Assembly: GCF_051903065.1 (NCBI RefSeq)
Contig: NZ_CP178438.1
Reading direction: 5' to 3' (one strand)
Origin: Escherichia coli
Lineage (GTDB): Bacteria; Pseudomonadota; Gammaproteobacteria; Enterobacterales; Enterobacteriaceae
DNA: 64,000 nt
Shown here: positions 11,302 to 28,622 of the stretch, one piece after another
Layout: each line of letters begins with the position of its first letter
Numbering within the stretch: position 1 is the stretch's first letter
The notes under the pieces: generated by a model
The model's input: only the letters and a program-made list of their open reading frames with translations
The model's database searches: none
Told to the model about the DNA's origin: nothing
Program-made: the position numbers and the translations under genes

Positions 11302-12545
11302 TGCGTTTATCTCTCCCTCGCCTGAAAATGCCGCGCCTGCCAGGATTCAGTATCCTGGTCTGGATCTCCACGGCGCTAAAGGGCTGGGTGATGGGGTCGC
11401 GGGAAAAAGATACCGACAGCCTGATCATGTACGATCGCACCTTACTGTGGCTGACCTTCGGCCTCGCGGCGATTGGCTTTATCATGGTGACCTCGGCGTC
11501 AATGCCCATAGGGCAACGCTTAACCAACGATCCGTTCTTCTTCGCGAAGCGTGATGGTGTCTATCTGATTTTGGCGTTTATTCTGGCGATCATTACGCTG
11601 CGTCTGCCGATGGAGTTCTGGCAACGCTACAGTGCCACGATGCTGCTCGGATCTATCATCCTGCTGATGATCGTGCTGGTAGTGGGGAGCTCGGTTAAAG
11701 GGGCATCGCGTTGGATCGATCTCGGTTTGCTGCGTATCCAGCCTGCGGAGCTGACAAAACTGTCGCTGTTTTGCTATATCGCCAACTATCTGGTGCGTAA
11801 AGGCGACGAAGTACGTAATAACCTGCGCGGCTTCCTGAAGCCGATGGGCGTGATTCTGGTGTTGGCAGTGTTACTGCTGGCACAGCCAGACCTTGGTACG
11901 GTGGTGGTGTTGTTTGTGACTACGCTGGCGATGTTGTTCCTGGCGGGAGCGAAATTGTGGCAGTTCATTGCCATTATCGGTATGGGCATTTCAGCGGTTG
12001 TGTTGCTGATCCTCGCCGAACCGTACCGTATCCGCCGTGTTACTGCATTCTGGAACCCGTGGGAAGATCCCTTTGGCAGCGGCTATCAGTTAACGCAATC
12101 GCTGATGGCGTTTGGTCGCGGCGAACTTTGGGGGCAAGGTTTAGGTAACTCGGTACAAAAACTGGAGTATCTGCCGGAAGCGCACACTGACTTTATTTTC
12201 GCCATTATCGGCGAAGAACTGGGGTATGTCGGTGTGGTGCTGGCACTTTTAATGGTATTCTTCGTCGCTTTTCGCGCGATGTCGATTGGCCGTAAAGCAT
12301 TAGAAATTGACCACCGTTTTTCCGGTTTTCTCGCCTGTTCCATTGGCATCTGGTTTAGCTTCCAGGCGCTGGTTAACGTAGGCGCGGCGGCGGGGATGTT
12401 ACCGACCAAAGGTCTGACATTGCCGCTTATCAGTTACGGTGGTTCGAGCTTACTGATTATGTCGACAGCCATCATGATGCTGTTGCGTATTGATTATGAA
12501 ACGCGTCTGGAGAAAGCGCAGGCGTTTGTACGAGGTTCACGATGA
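11301..12545 (+). CDS. ftsW: Peptidoglycan glycosyltransferase / lipid II flippase-family protein FtsW (SEDS)
   Basis: 414-aa polytopic membrane protein from ATG at 11301 (ORF track begins one codon earlier at TTG 11298); ATG overlaps murD stop. Confidence 0.94.
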
Positions 12546-13609
12546 GTGGTCAAGGAAAGCGATTAATGGTGATGGCAGGCGGAACCGGTGGACATGTATT
12601 CCCGGGACTGGCGGTTGCGCACCATCTAATGGCTCAGGGTTGGCAAGTTCGCTGGCTGGGGACTGCCGACCGTATGGAAGCGGACTTAGTGCCAAAACAT
12701 GGCATCGAAATTGATTTCATTCGTATCTCTGGTCTGCGTGGAAAAGGTATAAAAGCACTGATAGCTGCGCCGCTGCGTATCTTCAATGCCTGGCGTCAGG
12801 CGCGGGCGATTATGAAAGCGTACAAACCTGACGTGGTGCTCGGTATGGGCGGCTACGTATCAGGTCCTGGTGGTCTGGCCGCGTGGTCGTTAGGCATTCC
12901 GGTTGTACTTCATGAACAAAACGGTATTGCGGGCTTAACCAATAAATGGCTGGCGAAGATTGCCACCAAAGTGATGCAGGCGTTTCCAGGTGCTTTCCCC
13001 AATGCGGAAGTGGTGGGTAACCCGGTGCGTACCGATGTGTTGGCGCTACCGTTGCCGCAGCAACGTTTGGCTGGACGTGAAGGTCCGGTTCGTGTGCTGG
13101 TAGTGGGTGGTTCCCAGGGCGCACGCATTCTTAACCAGACAATGCCGCAGGTTGCTGCGAAACTGGGTGATTCAGTCACTATCTGGCATCAGAGCGGCAA
13201 AGGTTCGCAACAATCCGTTGAACAGGCGTATGCCGAAGCGGGGCAACCGCAGCATAAAGTGACGGAATTTATTGATGATATGGCGGCGGCGTATGCGTGG
13301 GCGGATGTCGTCGTTTGCCGCTCCGGTGCGTTAACGGTGAGTGAAATCGCCGCGGCAGGACTACCGGCGTTGTTTGTGCCGTTTCAACATAAAGACCGCC
13401 AGCAATACTGGAATGCGCTACCGCTGGAAAAAGCGGGCGCAGCCAAAATTATCGAGCAGCCACAGCTTAGCGTGGATGCTGTCGCCAACACCCTGGCCGG
13501 GTGGTCGCGAGAAACCTTATTAACCATGGCAGAACGCGCCCGCGCTGCATCCATTCCGGATGCCACCGAGCGAGTGGCAAATGAAGTGAGCCGGGCTGCC
13601 CGGGCGTAA
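12542..13609 (+). CDS. murG: UDP-GlcNAc:lipid I GlcNAc transferase MurG
   Basis: 355-aa ORF, ATGA overlap with ftsW; GT28 family motifs (GGTGGH). Confidence 0.96.
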
Positions 13610-13662
13610 TTGTAGCGATGCCTTTTGCATCGTATGAATTTAAGAAGTTAATGGCGTAAAGA

Positions 13663-16051
<2,389 letters not shown>

Positions 16052-16052
16052 T

Positions 16053-16883
16053 ATGTCGCAGGCTGCTCTGAACACGCGAAACAGCGAAGAAGAGGTTTCT
16101 TCTCGCCGCAATAATGGAACGCGTCTGGCGGGGATCCTTTTCCTGCTGACCGTTTTAACGACAGTGTTGGTGAGCGGCTGGGTCGTGTTGGGCTGGATGG
16201 AAGATGCGCAACGCCTGCCGCTCTCAAAGCTGGTGTTGACCGGTGAACGCCATTACACGCGTAATGACGATATCCGGCAGTCGATCCTGGCATTGGGTGA
16301 GCCAGGTACCTTTATGACCCAGGATGTCAACATCATCCAGACGCAAATAGAACAACGCCTGCCGTGGATTAAGCAGGTGAGCGTCAGAAAGCAGTGGCCT
16401 GATGAATTGAAGATTCATCTGGTTGAATATGTGCCGATTGCGCGGTGGAATGATCAACATATGGTAGACGCGGAAGGAAACACCTTCAGCGTGCCGCCAG
16501 ATCGCACCAGCAAGCAGGTGCTTCCAATGCTGTATGGCCCGGAAGGCAGCGCCAATGAAGTGTTGCAGGGCTATCGCGAAATGGGGCAGATGCTGGCAAA
16601 GGACAGATTTACTCTGAAGGAAGCGGCGATGACCGCGCGGCGTTCCTGGCAGTTGACGCTGAATAACGATATTAAGCTCAATCTTGGCCGGGGCGATACG
16701 ATGAAACGTTTGGCTCGCTTTGTAGAACTTTATCCGGTTTTACAGCAGCAGGCGCAAACCGATGGCAAACGGATTAGCTACGTTGATTTGCGTTATGACT
16801 CTGGAGCGGCAGTAGGCTGGGCGCCCTTGCCGCCAGAGGAATCTACTCAGCAACAAAATCAGGCACAGGCAGAACAACAATGA
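16053..16883 (+). CDS. ftsQ: Cell division protein FtsQ
   Basis: 276-aa bitopic protein with POTRA-like periplasmic domain; starts 1 nt after ddlB stop. Confidence 0.95.
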   Translation: MSQAALNTRNSEEEVSSRRNNGTRLAGILFLLTVLTTVLVSGWVVLGWMEDAQRLPLSKLVLTGERHYTRNDDIRQSILALGEPGTFMTQDVNIIQTQIEQRLPWIKQVSVRKQWPDELKIHLVEYVPIARWNDQHMVDAEGNTFSVPPDRTSKQVLPMLYGPEGSANEVLQGYREMGQMLAKDRFTLKEAAMTARRSWQLTLNNDIKLNLGRGDTMKRLARFVELYPVLQQQAQTDGKRISYVDLRYDSGAAVGWAPLPPEESTQQQNQAQAEQQ

Positions 16884-18142
16884 TCAAGGCGACGGACAGA
16901 AAACTGGTAGTAGGACTGGAGATTGGTACCGCGAAGGTTGCCGCTTTAGTAGGGGAAGTTCTGCCCGACGGTATGGTCAATATCATTGGCGTGGGCAGCT
17001 GCCCGTCGCGTGGTATGGATAAAGGCGGGGTGAACGACCTCGAATCCGTGGTCAAGTGCGTACAACGTGCCATTGACCAGGCAGAATTGATGGCAGATTG
17101 TCAGATCTCTTCGGTATATCTGGCGCTTTCTGGTAAGCACATCAGCTGCCAGAATGAAATTGGTATGGTGCCTATTTCTGAAGAAGAAGTGACGCAAGAA
17201 GATGTGGAAAACGTCGTCCATACCGCGAAATCGGTGCGTGTGCGCGATGAGCATCGTGTGCTGCATGTGATCCCGCAAGAGTATGCGATTGACTATCAGG
17301 AAGGGATCAAGAATCCGGTAGGACTTTCGGGCGTGCGGATGCAGGCAAAAGTGCACCTGATCACATGTCACAACGATATGGCGAAAAACATCGTCAAAGC
17401 GGTTGAACGTTGTGGGCTGAAAGTTGACCAACTGATATTTGCCGGACTGGCATCAAGTTATTCGGTATTGACGGAAGATGAACGTGAACTGGGTGTCTGC
17501 GTCGTCGATATCGGTGGTGGTACAATGGATATCGCCGTTTATACCGGTGGGGCATTGCGCCACACTAAGGTAATTCCTTATGCTGGCAATGTCGTGACCA
17601 GTGATATCGCTTACGCCTTTGGCACGCCGCCAAGCGACGCCGAAGCGATTAAAGTTCGCCACGGTTGTGCGCTGGGTTCCATCGTTGGAAAAGATGAGAG
17701 CGTGGAAGTGCCGAGCGTAGGTGGTCGTCCGCCGCGGAGTCTGCAACGTCAGACCCTGGCAGAGGTGATCGAGCCGCGCTATACCGAGCTGCTCAACCTG
17801 GTCAACGAAGAGATATTGCAGTTGCAGGAAAAGCTTCGCCAACAAGGGGTTAAACATCACCTGGCGGCAGGCATTGTATTAACCGGTGGCGCAGCGCAGA
17901 TCGAAGGTCTTGCAGCCTGTGCTCAGCGCGTGTTTCATACGCAAGTGCGTATCGGCGCGCCGCTGAACATTACCGGTTTAACGGATTATGCTCAGGAGCC
18001 GTATTATTCGACGGCGGTGGGATTGCTTCACTATGGGAAAGAGTCACATCTTAACGGTGAAGCTGAAGTAGAAAAACGTGTTACAGCATCAGTTGGCTCG
18101 TGGATCAAGCGACTCAATAGTTGGCTGCGAAAAGAGTTTTAA
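16880..18142 (+). CDS. ftsA: Cell division protein FtsA (actin-like ATPase)
   Basis: 420-aa ORF; ATGA overlap with ftsQ; actin/Hsp70 fold motifs. Confidence 0.97.
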   Translation: MIKATDRKLVVGLEIGTAKVAALVGEVLPDGMVNIIGVGSCPSRGMDKGGVNDLESVVKCVQRAIDQAELMADCQISSVYLALSGKHISCQNEIGMVPISEEEVTQEDVENVVHTAKSVRVRDEHRVLHVIPQEYAIDYQEGIKNPVGLSGVRMQAKVHLITCHNDMAKNIVKAVERCGLKVDQLIFAGLASSYSVLTEDERELGVCVVDIGGGTMDIAVYTGGALRHTKVIPYAGNVVTSDIAYAFGTPPSDAEAIKVRHGCALGSIVGKDESVEVPSVGGRPPRSLQRQTLAEVIEPRYTELLNLVNEEILQLQEKLRQQGVKHHLAAGIVLTGGAAQIEGLAACAQRVFHTQVRIGAPLNITGLTDYAQEPYYSTAVGLLHYGKESHLNGEAEVEKRVTASVGSWIKRLNSWLRKEF

Positions 18143-18202
18143 TTTTTATGAGGCCGACGATGATTACGGCCTCAGGCGACAGGCACAAATCGGAGAGAAA
18201 CT

Positions 18203-19354
18203 ATGTTTGAACCAATGGAACTTACCAATGACGCGGTGATTAAAGTCATCGGCGTCGGCGGCGGTGGCGGTAATGCTGTTGAACACATGGTGCGTGAGCG
18301 CATTGAAGGTGTTGAATTCTTCGCGGTAAATACCGATGCACAAGCGCTGCGTAAAACAGCGGTTGGACAGACGATTCAAATCGGTAGCGGTATCACCAAA
18401 GGACTGGGCGCTGGCGCTAATCCAGAAGTTGGCCGCAATGCGGCTGATGAGGATCGCGATGCATTGCGTGCGGCGCTGGAAGGTGCAGACATGGTCTTTA
18501 TTGCTGCGGGTATGGGTGGTGGTACCGGTACAGGTGCAGCACCAGTCGTCGCTGAAGTGGCAAAAGATTTGGGTATCCTGACCGTTGCTGTCGTCACTAA
18601 GCCTTTCAACTTTGAAGGCAAGAAGCGTATGGCATTCGCGGAGCAGGGGATCACTGAACTGTCCAAGCATGTGGACTCTCTGATCACTATCCCGAACGAC
18701 AAACTGCTGAAAGTTCTGGGCCGCGGTATCTCCCTGCTGGATGCGTTTGGCGCAGCGAACGATGTACTGAAAGGCGCTGTGCAAGGTATCGCCGAACTGA
18801 TTACTCGTCCGGGTTTGATGAACGTGGACTTTGCAGACGTACGCACCGTAATGTCTGAAATGGGCTACGCAATGATGGGTTCTGGCGTGGCAAGCGGTGA
18901 AGACCGTGCGGAAGAAGCTGCTGAAATGGCTATCTCTTCTCCGCTGCTGGAAGATATCGACCTGTCTGGCGCACGCGGCGTGCTGGTTAACATCACAGCG
19001 GGCTTCGACCTGCGTCTGGATGAGTTCGAAACGGTAGGTAACACCATCCGTGCATTTGCTTCCGACAACGCGACCGTGGTTATCGGTACTTCTCTTGACC
19101 CGGATATGAATGACGAGCTGCGCGTAACTGTTGTTGCGACAGGTATCGGCATGGACAAACGTCCTGAAATCACTCTGGTGACCAATAAGCAGGTTCAGCA
19201 GCCAGTGATGGATCGCTACCAGCAGCACGGGATGGCTCCGCTGACCCAGGAGCAGAAGCCGGTTGCTAAAGTCGTGAATGACAATGCGCCGCAAACTGCG
19301 AAAGAGCCGGATTATCTGGATATCCCAGCATTCCTGCGTAAGCAAGCTGATTAA
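18203..19354 (+). CDS. ftsZ: Cell division GTPase FtsZ
   Basis: 383-aa ORF with tubulin signature GGGTGTG and conserved C-terminal peptide DIPAFLR. Confidence 0.98.
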
Positions 19355-19433
19355 GAATTGACTGGAATTTGGGTTTCGAGGCTCTTTGTGCTAAACTGGC
19401 CCGCCGAATGTATAGTACACTTCGGTTGGATAG

Positions 19434-20372
<939 letters not shown>

Positions 20373-20398
20373 CGACATTTATACTGTCGTATAAAATT

Positions 20399-21115
<717 letters not shown>

Positions 21116-21176
21116 CAACAATAAACCTTTACTTCATTTTATTAACTCCGCAACGCGGGGCGTTTGAGATTTTATT

Positions 21177-23882
21177 ATGCTAATCAAATTATTAACTAAA
21201 GTTTTCGGTAGTCGTAACGATCGCACCCTGCGCCGGATGCGCAAAGTGGTCAACATCATCAATGCCATGGAACCGGAGATGGAAAAACTCTCCGACGAAG
21301 AACTGAAAGGGAAAACCGCAGAGTTTCGTGCACGTCTGGAAAAAGGCGAAGTGCTGGAAAGTCTGATCCCGGAAGCTTTCGCCGTGGTACGTGAGGCAAG
21401 TAAGCGCGTCTTTGGTATGCGTCACTTCGACGTTCAGTTACTCGGCGGTATGGTTCTTAACGAACGCTGCATCGCCGAAATGCGTACCGGTGAAGGTAAA
21501 ACCCTGACCGCAACGCTGCCTGCTTACCTGAACGCACTAACCGGTAAAGGCGTGCATGTAGTTACCGTCAACGACTACCTGGCGCAACGTGACGCCGAAA
21601 ACAACCGTCCGCTGTTTGAATTCCTTGGCCTGACTGTCGGTATCAACCTGCCGGGCATGCCAGCACCGGCAAAGCGCGAAGCTTACGCAGCTGACATCAC
21701 TTACGGTACGAACAACGAATATGGCTTTGACTACCTGCGCGACAATATGGCGTTCAGCCCTGAAGAACGTGTACAGCGTAAACTGCACTATGCGCTGGTG
21801 GACGAAGTGGACTCCATCCTGATCGATGAAGCGCGTACACCGCTGATCATTTCCGGCCCGGCAGAAGACAGCTCGGAAATGTATAAACGCGTGAATAAAA
21901 TTATTCCGCACCTGATCCGTCAGGAAAAAGAAGACTCCGAAACCTTCCAGGGCGAAGGCCACTTCTCGGTGGACGAAAAATCTCGCCAGGTGAACCTGAC
22001 CGAACGTGGTCTGGTGCTGATTGAAGAACTGCTGGTGAAAGAGGGCATCATGGATGAAGGGGAGTCTCTGTACTCTCCGGCCAACATCATGCTGATGCAC
22101 CACGTAACGGCGGCGCTGCGCGCTCATGCGCTGTTTACCCGTGACGTCGACTACATCGTTAAAGATGGTGAAGTTATCATCGTTGACGAACACACCGGTC
22201 GTACCATGCAGGGCCGTCGCTGGTCCGATGGTCTGCACCAGGCTGTGGAAGCGAAAGAAGGTGTGCAGATCCAGAACGAAAACCAAACGCTGGCTTCGAT
22301 CACCTTCCAGAACTACTTCCGTCTGTATGAAAAACTGGCGGGGATGACCGGTACTGCTGATACCGAAGCTTTCGAATTCAGCTCCATCTACAAGCTGGAT
22401 ACCGTCGTTGTTCCGACCAACCGTCCAATGATTCGTAAAGATCTGCCTGACCTGGTCTACATGACTGAAGCGGAAAAAATTCAGGCGATCATTGAAGATA
22501 TCAAAGAACGTACTGCGAAAGGCCAGCCGGTGCTGGTGGGTACAATCTCCATCGAAAAATCGGAGCTGGTGTCAAACGAACTGACCAAAGCCGGTATTAA
22601 GCACAATGTCCTGAACGCCAAATTCCACGCCAACGAAGCGGCGATTGTTGCTCAGGCAGGTTATCCGGCTGCGGTGACTATCGCGACCAACATGGCGGGT
22701 CGTGGTACAGATATTGTGCTCGGTGGTAGCTGGCAGGCAGAAGTTGCCGCGCTGGAAAATCCGACCGCAGAGCAAATTGAAAAAATTAAAGCCGACTGGC
22801 AGGTACGTCACGATGCGGTACTGGCAGCAGGTGGCCTGCATATCATCGGTACCGAGCGTCACGAATCCCGTCGTATCGATAACCAGTTGCGCGGTCGTTC
22901 TGGTCGTCAGGGGGATGCTGGTTCTTCCCGTTTCTACCTGTCGATGGAAGATGCGCTGATGCGTATTTTTGCTTCCGACCGAGTATCCGGCATGATGCGT
23001 AAACTGGGTATGAAGCCAGGCGAAGCCATTGAACACCCGTGGGTGACCAAAGCGATTGCTAACGCCCAGCGTAAAGTTGAAAGCCGTAACTTCGACATTC
23101 GTAAGCAACTGCTGGAATATGATGACGTGGCTAACGATCAGCGTCGCGCCATTTACTCCCAGCGTAACGAATTGCTGGATGTTAGCGATGTGAGCGAAAC
23201 CATTAACAGCATTCGTGAAGATGTGTTCAAAGCGACCATTGATGCCTACATTCCACCACAGTCGCTGGAAGAAATGTGGGATATTCCGGGGCTGCAGGAA
23301 CGTCTGAAGAACGATTTCGACCTCGATTTGCCAATTGCCGAGTGGCTGGATAAAGAACCAGAACTGCATGAAGAGACGCTGCGTGAGCGCATTCTGGCGC
23401 AGTCCATCGAAGTGTATCAGCGTAAAGAAGAAGTGGTTGGTGCTGAGATGATGCGTCACTTCGAGAAAGGCGTCATGCTGCAAACGCTTGACTCCCTGTG
23501 GAAAGAGCACCTGGCAGCGATGGACTATCTGCGTCAGGGTATCCACCTGCGTGGCTACGCACAGAAAGATCCGAAGCAGGAATACAAACGTGAATCGTTC
23601 TCCATGTTTGCAGCGATGCTGGAGTCGTTGAAATATGAAGTTATCAGTACGCTGAGCAAAGTTCAGGTACGTATGCCTGAAGAGGTTGAGGAGCTGGAAC
23701 AACAGCGTCGTATGGAAGCCGAGCGTTTAGCGCAAATGCAGCAGCTTAGCCATCAGGATGACGACTCTGCAGCCGCGGCTGCACTGGCGGCGCAAACCGG
23801 TGAACGCAAAGTAGGACGTAACGATCCTTGCCCGTGCGGTTCTGGTAAAAAATACAAGCAGTGCCATGGTCGCCTGCAATAA
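21177..23882 (+). CDS. secA: Preprotein translocase ATPase SecA
   Basis: 901-aa ORF with DEAD-like motor motifs and C-terminal zinc finger [14 protein letters not shown]. Confidence 0.98.
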   Translation: MLIKLLTKVFGSRNDRTLRRMRKVVNIINAMEPEMEKLSDEELKGKTAEFRARLEKGEVLESLIPEAFAVVREASKRVFGMRHFDVQLLGGMVLNERCIAEMRTGEGKTLTATLPAYLNALTGKGVHVVTVNDYLAQRDAENNRPLFEFLGLTVGINLPGMPAPAKREAYAADITYGTNNEYGFDYLRDNMAFSPEERVQRKLHYALVDEVDSILIDEARTPLIISGPAEDSSEMYKRVNKIIPHLIRQEKEDSETFQGEGHFSVDEKSRQVNLTERGLVLIEELLVKEGIMDEGESLYSPANIMLMHHVTAALRAHALFTRDVDYIVKDGEVIIVDEHTGRTMQGRRWSDGLHQAVEAKEGVQIQNENQTLASITFQNYFRLYEKLAGMTGTADTEAFEFSSIYKLDTVVVPTNRPMIRKDLPDLVYMTEAEKIQAIIEDIKERTAKGQPVLVGTISIEKSELVSNELTKAGIKHNVLNAKFHANEAAIVAQAGYPAAVTIATNMAGRGTDIVLGGSWQAEVAALENPTAEQIEKIKADWQVRHDAVLAAGGLHIIGTERHESRRIDNQLRGRSGRQGDAGSSRFYLSMEDALMRIFASDRVSGMMRKLGMKPGEAIEHPWVTKAIANAQRKVESRNFDIRKQLLEYDDVANDQRRAIYSQRNELLDVSDVSETINSIREDVFKATIDAYIPPQSLEEMWDIPGLQERLKNDFDLDLPIAEWLDKEPELHEETLRERILAQSIEVYQRKEEVVGAEMMRHFEKGVMLQTLDSLWKEHLAAMDYLRQGIHLRGYAQKDPKQEYKRESFSMFAAMLESLKYEVISTLSKVQVRMPEEVEELEQQRRMEAERLAQMQQLSHQDDDSAAAAALAAQTGERKVGRNDPCPCGSGKKYKQCHGRLQ

Positions 23883-23900
23883 AAGCTAACAGTTGAAGTA

Positions 23901-23928
23901 AAAGGCGCAGGATTCTGCGCCTTTTTTA
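23901..23928 (+). terminator. Candidate rho-independent terminator after secA
   Basis: GGCGCAG-gatt-CTGCGCC hairpin followed by TTTTTTAT. Confidence 0.6.
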
Positions 23929-23941
23929 TAGGTTTAAGACA

Positions 23942-24331
23942 ATGAAAAAGCTGCAAATTGCGGTAGGTATTATTCGCAACGAGAACAATGAAATCTTTAT
24001 AACGCGTCGCGCAGCAGATGCGCACATGGCGAATAAACTGGAGTTTCCCGGCGGTAAAATTGAAATGGGTGAAACGCCGGAACAGGCGGTGGTGCGTGAA
24101 CTTCAGGAAGAAGTCGGGATTATCCCACAACATTTTTCGCTATTTGAAAAACTGGAATATGAATTCCCGGACAGGCATATAACTCTGTGGTTCTGGCTGG
24201 TCGAAAGCTGGGAAGGGGAGCCGTGGGGTAAAGAAGGGCAACCCGGTAAGTGGATGTCGCTGGTCGGTCTTAATGCCGATGATTTTCCGCCAGCCAATGA
24301 ACCGGTAATTGCGAAGCTTAAACGTCTGTAG
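23942..24331 (+). CDS. mutT: 8-oxo-dGTP diphosphatase MutT (Nudix)
   Basis: 129-aa ORF with intact Nudix box GGKIEMGETPEQAVVRELQEEVGI. Confidence 0.95.
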   Translation: MKKLQIAVGIIRNENNEIFITRRAADAHMANKLEFPGGKIEMGETPEQAVVRELQEEVGIIPQHFSLFEKLEYEFPDRHITLWFWLVESWEGEPWGKEGQPGKWMSLVGLNADDFPPANEPVIAKLKRL

Positions 24332-24332
24332 G

Positions 24333-24528
<196 letters not shown>

Positions 24529-24546
24529 TGCGGCATCAGACAAATG

Positions 24547-24744
24547 TCACTGCTTTGGCTCTTCGCTCCAGTCATCGCTTTCGGAAAGATCGCCACTGCT
24601 GGGGATTCGTTTTTCTTCAGCAGCCCATTCTCCGAGGTCGATCAGCTGACAACGTTTGGAGCAAAATGGCCGAAACGGGCTGATTTCACCCCACACCACC
24701 GTTTTCCCGCAGGTTGGGCAATTCACCGTAATAGTTTCTGACAT
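24547..24744 (-). CDS. yacG: DNA gyrase inhibitor YacG (zinc-binding)
   Basis: 65-aa ORF with CPTC...CSKRC zinc-ribbon. Confidence 0.92.
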
Positions 24745-24753
24745 TTTTACTCC

Positions 24754-25497
24754 TTAGCAACAGGCCAGTTCGAAATCCAGACGTTCCGGTACCTGTCCGT
24801 TTTCAGTGTCCAGCGGCATAAAACGAATGGCAAAACGGCTCTTATGTCCGGAAATTTGCGGATAAAGCTGTGAATCGAGCGACAGATTCAGGCGCAGCAA
24901 GTCGGCATCGCCACCGTTATCCTGATAAAAACCATTCAGGCTGGTTTGTTTACGGAAGGGGGCCGACTGGCGAATTAAATCCAGCACCATGGTAAGTGCC
25001 TGGGTGAGCGGATTCAGGCTGGCAATCCAGGTTTCTACCTGGCTGTCGCGCTGCGCCTGGGGTAGATGCAGCCAAATGTGCAATGTAGGTAAATCAAAGC
25101 TGCAACAGCCGCCTGGGATGCTCAGTCGCTGACGCACCAGAGCAATCAAACGATCTTCACGCAGAAATTGCCCGATACGCGGCGCGGAGATTAATACGCT
25201 CCCCGCCGCTTTTAACTGCTGAATTAATGCTTCAATACGGCTCTGGTCCACGCCAGGCACGCCAATCCAGGTCTGGAGTTTACGTTGCTGCCGGTCAAGT
25301 TCTTTCAACAGCTCAGTGCGGACTTCGCCGCGCTCGAAAACATCCAGTAATTCACTGACATTACGGAAGAAATGCAGCGCGCCAGCGTGGTCAACGATGG
25401 GTAAATTAACGGTGAGTTGCTGAATCAAAAACTCAATGCGCAGCCATGTACGCATTTTTTCATTTAGTGGATGTTCAAAAAGGACCTGGGTCTGCAT
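24754..25497 (-). CDS. zapD: Cell division factor ZapD (YacF)
   Basis: 247-aa ORF matching ZapD; start overlaps coaE stop by 1 nt. Confidence 0.93.
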
Positions 25498-26117
25498 TAC
25501 GGTTTTTCCTGTGAGACAAACTGCGACGCAAGCTGCAAATAGTGTGCGTGCAGGCGGGCAACATCCGATGCGATAGCATCCGGTGCGCCGTTATTATCAA
25601 TGACGTCATCTGCCACGGCAAGGCGGGCTTCGCGCGTTGCCTGAGCAGCAAGGATTTGTTCGACATGCTCGCGAGTTACATCATCGCGCTGCATGGTGCG
25701 CTTAAGTTGCGTTTCTGGGCTGACATCCACCACCAGCACTCGATTCGCTTTTTTATACAGTGAGTTTTCTACCAGCAATGGCACAACCCACAGTACATAG
25801 GGGGAGGTTGCTTGCTGGATCTGGTGTTGCGTCTCTTGCTGAATCAGCGGATGCAGCAGGTCGTTAAGCCAGTTTTTCTCTTCCGGGTTGGCGAAGATCC
25901 GCTCGCGCAAGGCCCGGCGCTGCAATGTTCCATCAGCAGCAATCATGTTAGCGCCAAAGTGATCAGCAATGGCATGTAGCGCAGGTGCACCTGGTTCAAC
26001 CACCTGACGCGCAATAATATCGGCATCAATGACGTTAATTCCGAGATCAGCAAACGCATTGGCAACGGTACTCTTGCCACTGCCAATGCCTCCCGTTAAG
26101 GCAACTATATACCTCAT
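25497..26117 (-). CDS. coaE: Dephospho-CoA kinase CoaE
   Basis: 206-aa ORF with P-loop GGIGSGKST. Confidence 0.95.
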
Positions 26118-26341
26118 AATTTATATTCCCGGGAATTCATCATGATTATCAAAACGTTAAAAATGAGCGCACGAAAGCGAAATTGATGAAACGTTCGCTC
26201 ACTATTTACCAGGTAAATTTATGGGATTGTAGCGTAAAAAAAGACAATTTCGCAGTCTTGCGCCGCATTGATTAGTGCGTATGATAGCGTCACTGGAGTT
26301 GCGCTCTTACCCTTATAGCCATTAACCCCAGGAATCCGCAC

Positions 26342-27385
26342 ATGCGTATTGAAGAAGATCTGAAGTTAGGTTTTAAAGACGTTCTCATCCGCCCTAAACG
26401 CTCCACTCTTAAAAGCCGTTCCGATGTTGAACTGGAACGTCAATTCACCTTCAAACATTCAGGTCAGAGCTGGTCCGGCGTGCCGATTATCGCCGCAAAT
26501 ATGGACACCGTAGGCACATTTTCTATGGCCTCTGCGCTGGCTTCTTTTGATATTTTGACTGCTGTGCATAAACACTATTCTGTCGAAGAGTGGCAAGCGT
26601 TTATCAACAATTCTTCCGCTGATGTGCTGAAACATGTGATGGTTTCTACCGGTACGTCTGATGCGGATTTCGAAAAAACTAAACAGATTCTCGACCTGAA
26701 CCCGGCATTAAACTTCGTTTGTATTGATGTGGCGAATGGTTATTCCGAACACTTCGTGCAGTTCGTTGCGAAAGCGCGTGAAGCGTGGCCGACCAAAACC
26801 ATTTGTGCTGGCAACGTAGTGACTGGTGAAATGTGTGAGGAGCTTATCCTCTCCGGTGCCGATATCGTTAAAGTTGGCATTGGCCCAGGTTCTGTTTGTA
26901 CAACTCGCGTCAAAACAGGCGTCGGTTATCCGCAACTTTCTGCGGTAATCGAATGTGCCGATGCTGCGCACGGTCTGGGCGGAATGATCGTCAGCGATGG
27001 TGGCTGCACCACGCCGGGCGATGTCGCGAAAGCTTTTGGCGGCGGTGCCGATTTCGTCATGCTTGGTGGCATGCTGGCGGGCCACGAAGAGAGCGGCGGT
27101 CGCATCGTTGAGGAGAACGGCGAGAAATTTATGCTGTTCTACGGCATGAGCTCCGAGTCTGCGATGAAACGTCACGTTGGCGGCGTTGCTGAATATCGCG
27201 CAGCAGAAGGTAAAACCGTTAAGCTGCCGCTGCGAGGCCCGGTTGAAAATACCGCGCGTGATATTTTGGGCGGCCTGCGTTCAGCTTGTACATACGTTGG
27301 GGCTTCACGCCTGAAAGAACTGACCAAGCGCACCACATTTATCCGTGTGCAGGAACAAGAAAACCGCATCTTCAACAACCTGTAA
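26342..27385 (+). CDS. guaC: GMP reductase GuaC
   Basis: 347-aa IMPDH/GMPR-family TIM-barrel ORF. Confidence 0.96.
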
Positions 27386-27393
27386 TCTTCCAA

Positions 27394-27419
27394 CGCTGGT
27401 GTGGAGCAACACGCCAGCG
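27394..27419. terminator. Imperfect hairpin between convergent guaC and hofC
   Basis: CGCTGGTGT-ggagca-ACACGCCAGCG inverted repeat. Confidence 0.35.
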
Positions 27420-28622
27420 TTATCCCATCCCACTCATCGCATCGCCTAAATGGAAAATTGGTAGATACATCGCCACCACCAGCGTACCGATAATTCCTCC
27501 CGTTATGATCAGCAACGCCGGTTCCAGTAAGGCTGCTAGGTTATCCGCCAGCGCCATTGTGTTATCCCGATGATGATGGGCGATGTTGTCTAACATGAGA
27601 TCCAGCGAGCCGGAGGCCTCTCCCGTTCTCACTAATTGCAAACAGAGCGGGCTAAACTCACCGGCATTTTTTAACGCCAGCCAGATGGGATGACCGTTAC
27701 TGATATCGTGCTGGATTTGTGTCAGAAGTTGCACCCAGTACGGGCAGCGCATTGTTTCTCTGACGCTCTCTACGCCCTGTAAAAAAGTAATGCCTGCACT
27801 TTGAGTCAGCGCCAGAATCGTAAAGATCTGCGTGAGTTTTTGTCCCCGCATCAGTGACCCCATAATCGGGATGCGTAACAGCAATTTCTGCCGCGCGATA
27901 AGCCAGGTCGGGCGGCGCATCAGCAACTTATTGGCTATCGTCAGCATAATGCCGAACAACACCAGCAGCCAGCCCCATTCGCCACTAAAGTCTGCCAGCG
28001 TCATGATCCCCTGCGTTAGTGCCGGTAGTGGGGTGTTGAAGGTCTTATATATAGCGGCAAACTCCGGCAGAACAAAATGCAGCATTGCCACAACCACCAT
28101 GATTGCCATCGCTAAAATGATGATGGGATAACGCAACGCTGATTTCACTTTGTCGGTCAACTGACGCTGGGCTTTTTGCTGACGCGCCAGTTCAAAGCAG
28201 CATTCATCCAGCTTACCGGTCAGTTCACCCGTGCGGATCATCGCCTGATAGAGCGGCGGAAATACCTCTGACCAGGGTAATAAGGCATTGGAAAAAGCAA
28301 TGCCCTGTTCGAGATCGTGCGCCAGCGATTGCAGCAACGCTTGCCATTGCTTACTGGGATGCTGTTCCGCCAGCAGAGCCAGCCCTTCAGAAAGAGTTAA
28401 CCCGGCTTTAAGTAGCGTCGCCAGTTGATGAATGACTTCCGCGCTTTTATCTCCTCGCCACTGCGCAGAATTGATAGCAATTCGCTTCAGGCTTAGTGGA
28501 GTAACCATCTGTTGCTGTAGTGCCATGAGCAGCAAAGCACGGCTCTCTGCCCATCGCATCCCATCTTGCGCATTGCCGTCGCCGGTTATGCCATGCCAGC
28601 GCCAGAGTTGCTTACTCGCCAT
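27420..28622 (-). CDS. hofC: Type IV pilus assembly platform protein HofC (PilC/GspF family)
   Basis: 400-aa polytopic membrane ORF with duplicated GspF-like domains. Confidence 0.93.
   Translation of the reverse strand: MASKQLWRWHGITGDGNAQDGMRWAESRALLLMALQQQMVTPLSLKRIAINSAQWRGDKSAEVIHQLATLLKAGLTLSEGLALLAEQHPSKQWQALLQSLAHDLEQGIAFSNALLPWSEVFPPLYQAMIRTGELTGKLDECCFELARQQKAQRQLTDKVKSALRYPIIILAMAIMVVVAMLHFVLPEFAAIYKTFNTPLPALTQGIMTLADFSGEWGWLLVLFGIMLTIANKLLMRRPTWLIARQKLLLRIPIMGSLMRGQKLTQIFTILALTQSAGITFLQGVESVRETMRCPYWVQLLTQIQHDISNGHPIWLALKNAGEFSPLCLQLVRTGEASGSLDLMLDNIAHHHRDNTMALADNLAALLEPALLIITGGIIGTLVVAMYLPIFHLGDAMSGMG

Noticed and set aside
18164-19345. 393-codon ORF on the minus strand, fully antisense to ftsZ (similar long antisense ORFs occur opposite aceE 36164-38437, secA 22572-23702, acnB 45126-46577, lpd 41287-42144 and aceF 39301-40530)
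   Set aside because: These are mirror-frame ORFs expected opposite long, GC-rich, strongly codon-biased genes. Their translations are low-complexity (Arg/Ser/Cys/His-rich) with no recognisable family features or ribosome-binding site, and the sense-strand genes are confidently identified.
23942-24331. Possible amino-acid substitutions in MutT relative to the K-12 sequence as I remember it (around VGI-I-PQHF, LVE-S-WEGE and QPG-K-WMSL)
   Set aside because: I cannot verify the reference residues without an alignment. The Nudix box and overall length are intact, so there is no sequence-based reason to call a mutator allele. Worth checking by alignment, but not reported as a finding.
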